Below are positions 63,219 to 64,000 of a stretch of 64,000 nt of DNA, piece by piece. Every line of letters starts with the position of its first letter. Position 1 is the stretch's first letter. The notes beneath the pieces are model-generated. The model was not told the DNA's origin. It saw only the letters and a list, made by a program, of their open reading frames with translations, and ran no database searches. This DNA comes from an uncultured Terracidiphilus sp. (GTDB taxonomy: Bacteria > Acidobacteriota > Terriglobia > Terriglobales > Acidobacteriaceae), in the NCBI GenBank assembly GCA_964520005.1, contig CAZFMB010000008.1:10661-74660 (forward strand). The letters are read 5' to 3'. Both the position numbers and the translations under genes were made by a program.

Positions 63219-64000
63219 ATGTTCAAAAAGAAATATGCGCGCTGGATGTACGAGTGGGAGACGCGACTGACCACGCGCGACGAAAACCGCGTGGTGCGCC
63301 CACTGGAATGGGGCTTCGAATGGATTGAGCCTTTCTTGCGCGAGCATGGCTATGAGGAGGCGCTGCCGGGGCCGGAGATTGTGAGCGATCCCTCGCTGTC
63401 CGAGGCGGCGATGGTGCTCCTTAACCAGTTTTTGATACGCCACAGCGATGCATTTTTCGGCTATAAGCGGCCTACTGATTTCCGTTTGGAAGAGCGGCAC
63501 CCGGAGCTTTTTCCCACCAATGTTCGCCCGGAGACGCTGGCACAGGACGCGGCGCTGAAGCAGCAGGCCGCAGAGGGGAAGATTCCGAAGGCGCAGTATC
63601 TTCGCTTCACCTCGCCGGAGCGGACACCTTATCCGGAGAACGATCTGGTGAATGCGCGCTGGTACCCTGCGCCGGAGCATAAGGACCCTAAGCGGCCCAA
63701 GCAGGCGATTGTAGTGATGCCGCAATGGAATGCTGATGCCTTCAGCCACAATTCGCTGTGCACGATCTTCAACAAGATGGGGATTTCGGCGCTGAGGCTC
63801 TCGAAGCCTTATCACGACATTCGGCGTCCGGTGGAGTTGGAGCGGTCGGATTACGCGGTCAGCGCGAATATCGGGCGGACGATTTCGGCGTGCCGGCAGG
63901 CGGTGGTGGATATTCGTTGCTGCCTGGATTGGCTGGAAGAGCAGGGTTACGAGCACTTCGGTGTGCTGGGAACGAGTTTAGGATCGTGCTACGCGTTTTT
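63219..64000 (+). CDS. alpha/beta hydrolase-fold protein, N-terminal part (runs off the right edge)
   Basis: Own translation from ATG 63219 is stop-free to the window end: MFKKKYARWMYEWETRL...IVVMPQWNADAF...GVLGTSLGSCYAF (GxSxG nucleophile elbow). Absent from the ORF track because it is edge-truncated. The listed antisense ORF 63207..63956 is Arg-rich junk. Confidence 0.55.
   Translation, partial: MFKKKYARWMYEWETRLTTRDENRVVRPLEWGFEWIEPFLREHGYEEALPGPEIVSDPSLSEAAMVLLNQFLIRHSDAFFGYKRPTDFRLEERHPELFPTNVRPETLAQDAALKQQAAEGKIPKAQYLRFTSPERTPYPENDLVNARWYPAPEHKDPKRPKQAIVVMPQWNADAFSHNSLCTIFNKMGISALRLSKPYHDIRRPVELERSDYAVSANIGRTISACRQAVVDIRCCLDWLEEQGYEHFGVLGTSLGSCYAF

Noticed and set aside
63207-63956. 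249-aa minus-strand ORF
   Set aside because: Extremely Arg/Pro/Leu-rich, typical of an antisense frame in high-GC DNA. The opposite strand has a stop-free, motif-bearing frame (GxSxG hydrolase) from 63219 to the window edge.

Overview
High-GC (roughly 60%) chromosomal window. It is probably an Acidobacteriota (Terriglobia-like) genome, judging from a giant CarboxypepD_reg-type TonB receptor, abundant REP-like hairpin elements and the gene content; this placement is inference. It looks origin-proximal: parA-parB with two perfect parS palindromes, rsmG and dnaN are all present.

Layout:
- 1-9.4 kb: phage-like morphogenesis block (portal fragment, large terminase, giant tail-fibre/beta-helix protein). 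A HipA-like kinase + DUF3037 pair is wedged between terminase and portal.
- 9.9-12.4 kb: iaaA, DUF2199 and maf. Both housekeeping genes carry in-frame REP-element insertions.
- 12.6-23.0 kb: five tandem DUF3857/transglutaminase-like paralogs. Only one keeps the Cys-His-Asp triad.
- 23-26 kb: housekeeping genes (merR-type regulator, msrB, ridA, DUF1761, deacetylase).
- 26.1-29.7 kb: a visibly AT-richer islet with a 5-repeat/4-spacer CRISPR array, a 536-aa TnpB/Cas12-family RuvC nuclease and a NYN-domain gene, but no cas1/cas2/cas4. This is the most interesting locus.
- 29.7-34.2 kb: ORF6N, parB, parA, parS and IS debris (IS630 fragment; IS1595 element with perfect ends and target duplication but a frameshifted transposase).
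- 35-47.5 kb: mixed housekeeping genes and two paralogous secreted Cys-rich proteins.
- 48.4-54.3 kb: dnaN, then an srsABC-like type III PKS / methyltransferase / flavoprotein operon and a 7-repeat lipoprotein. This block is bracketed by a duplicated dnaN 3' end and a duplicated terminator hairpin.
- 54.4-64 kb: accD, cobO, rlmH, TonB-dependent receptor, rsfS (with a Lys/Ala/Pro-rich tail), nadD, VKOR, and a partial alpha/beta hydrolase.

All family assignments come from motif recognition by eye. No database search was run.
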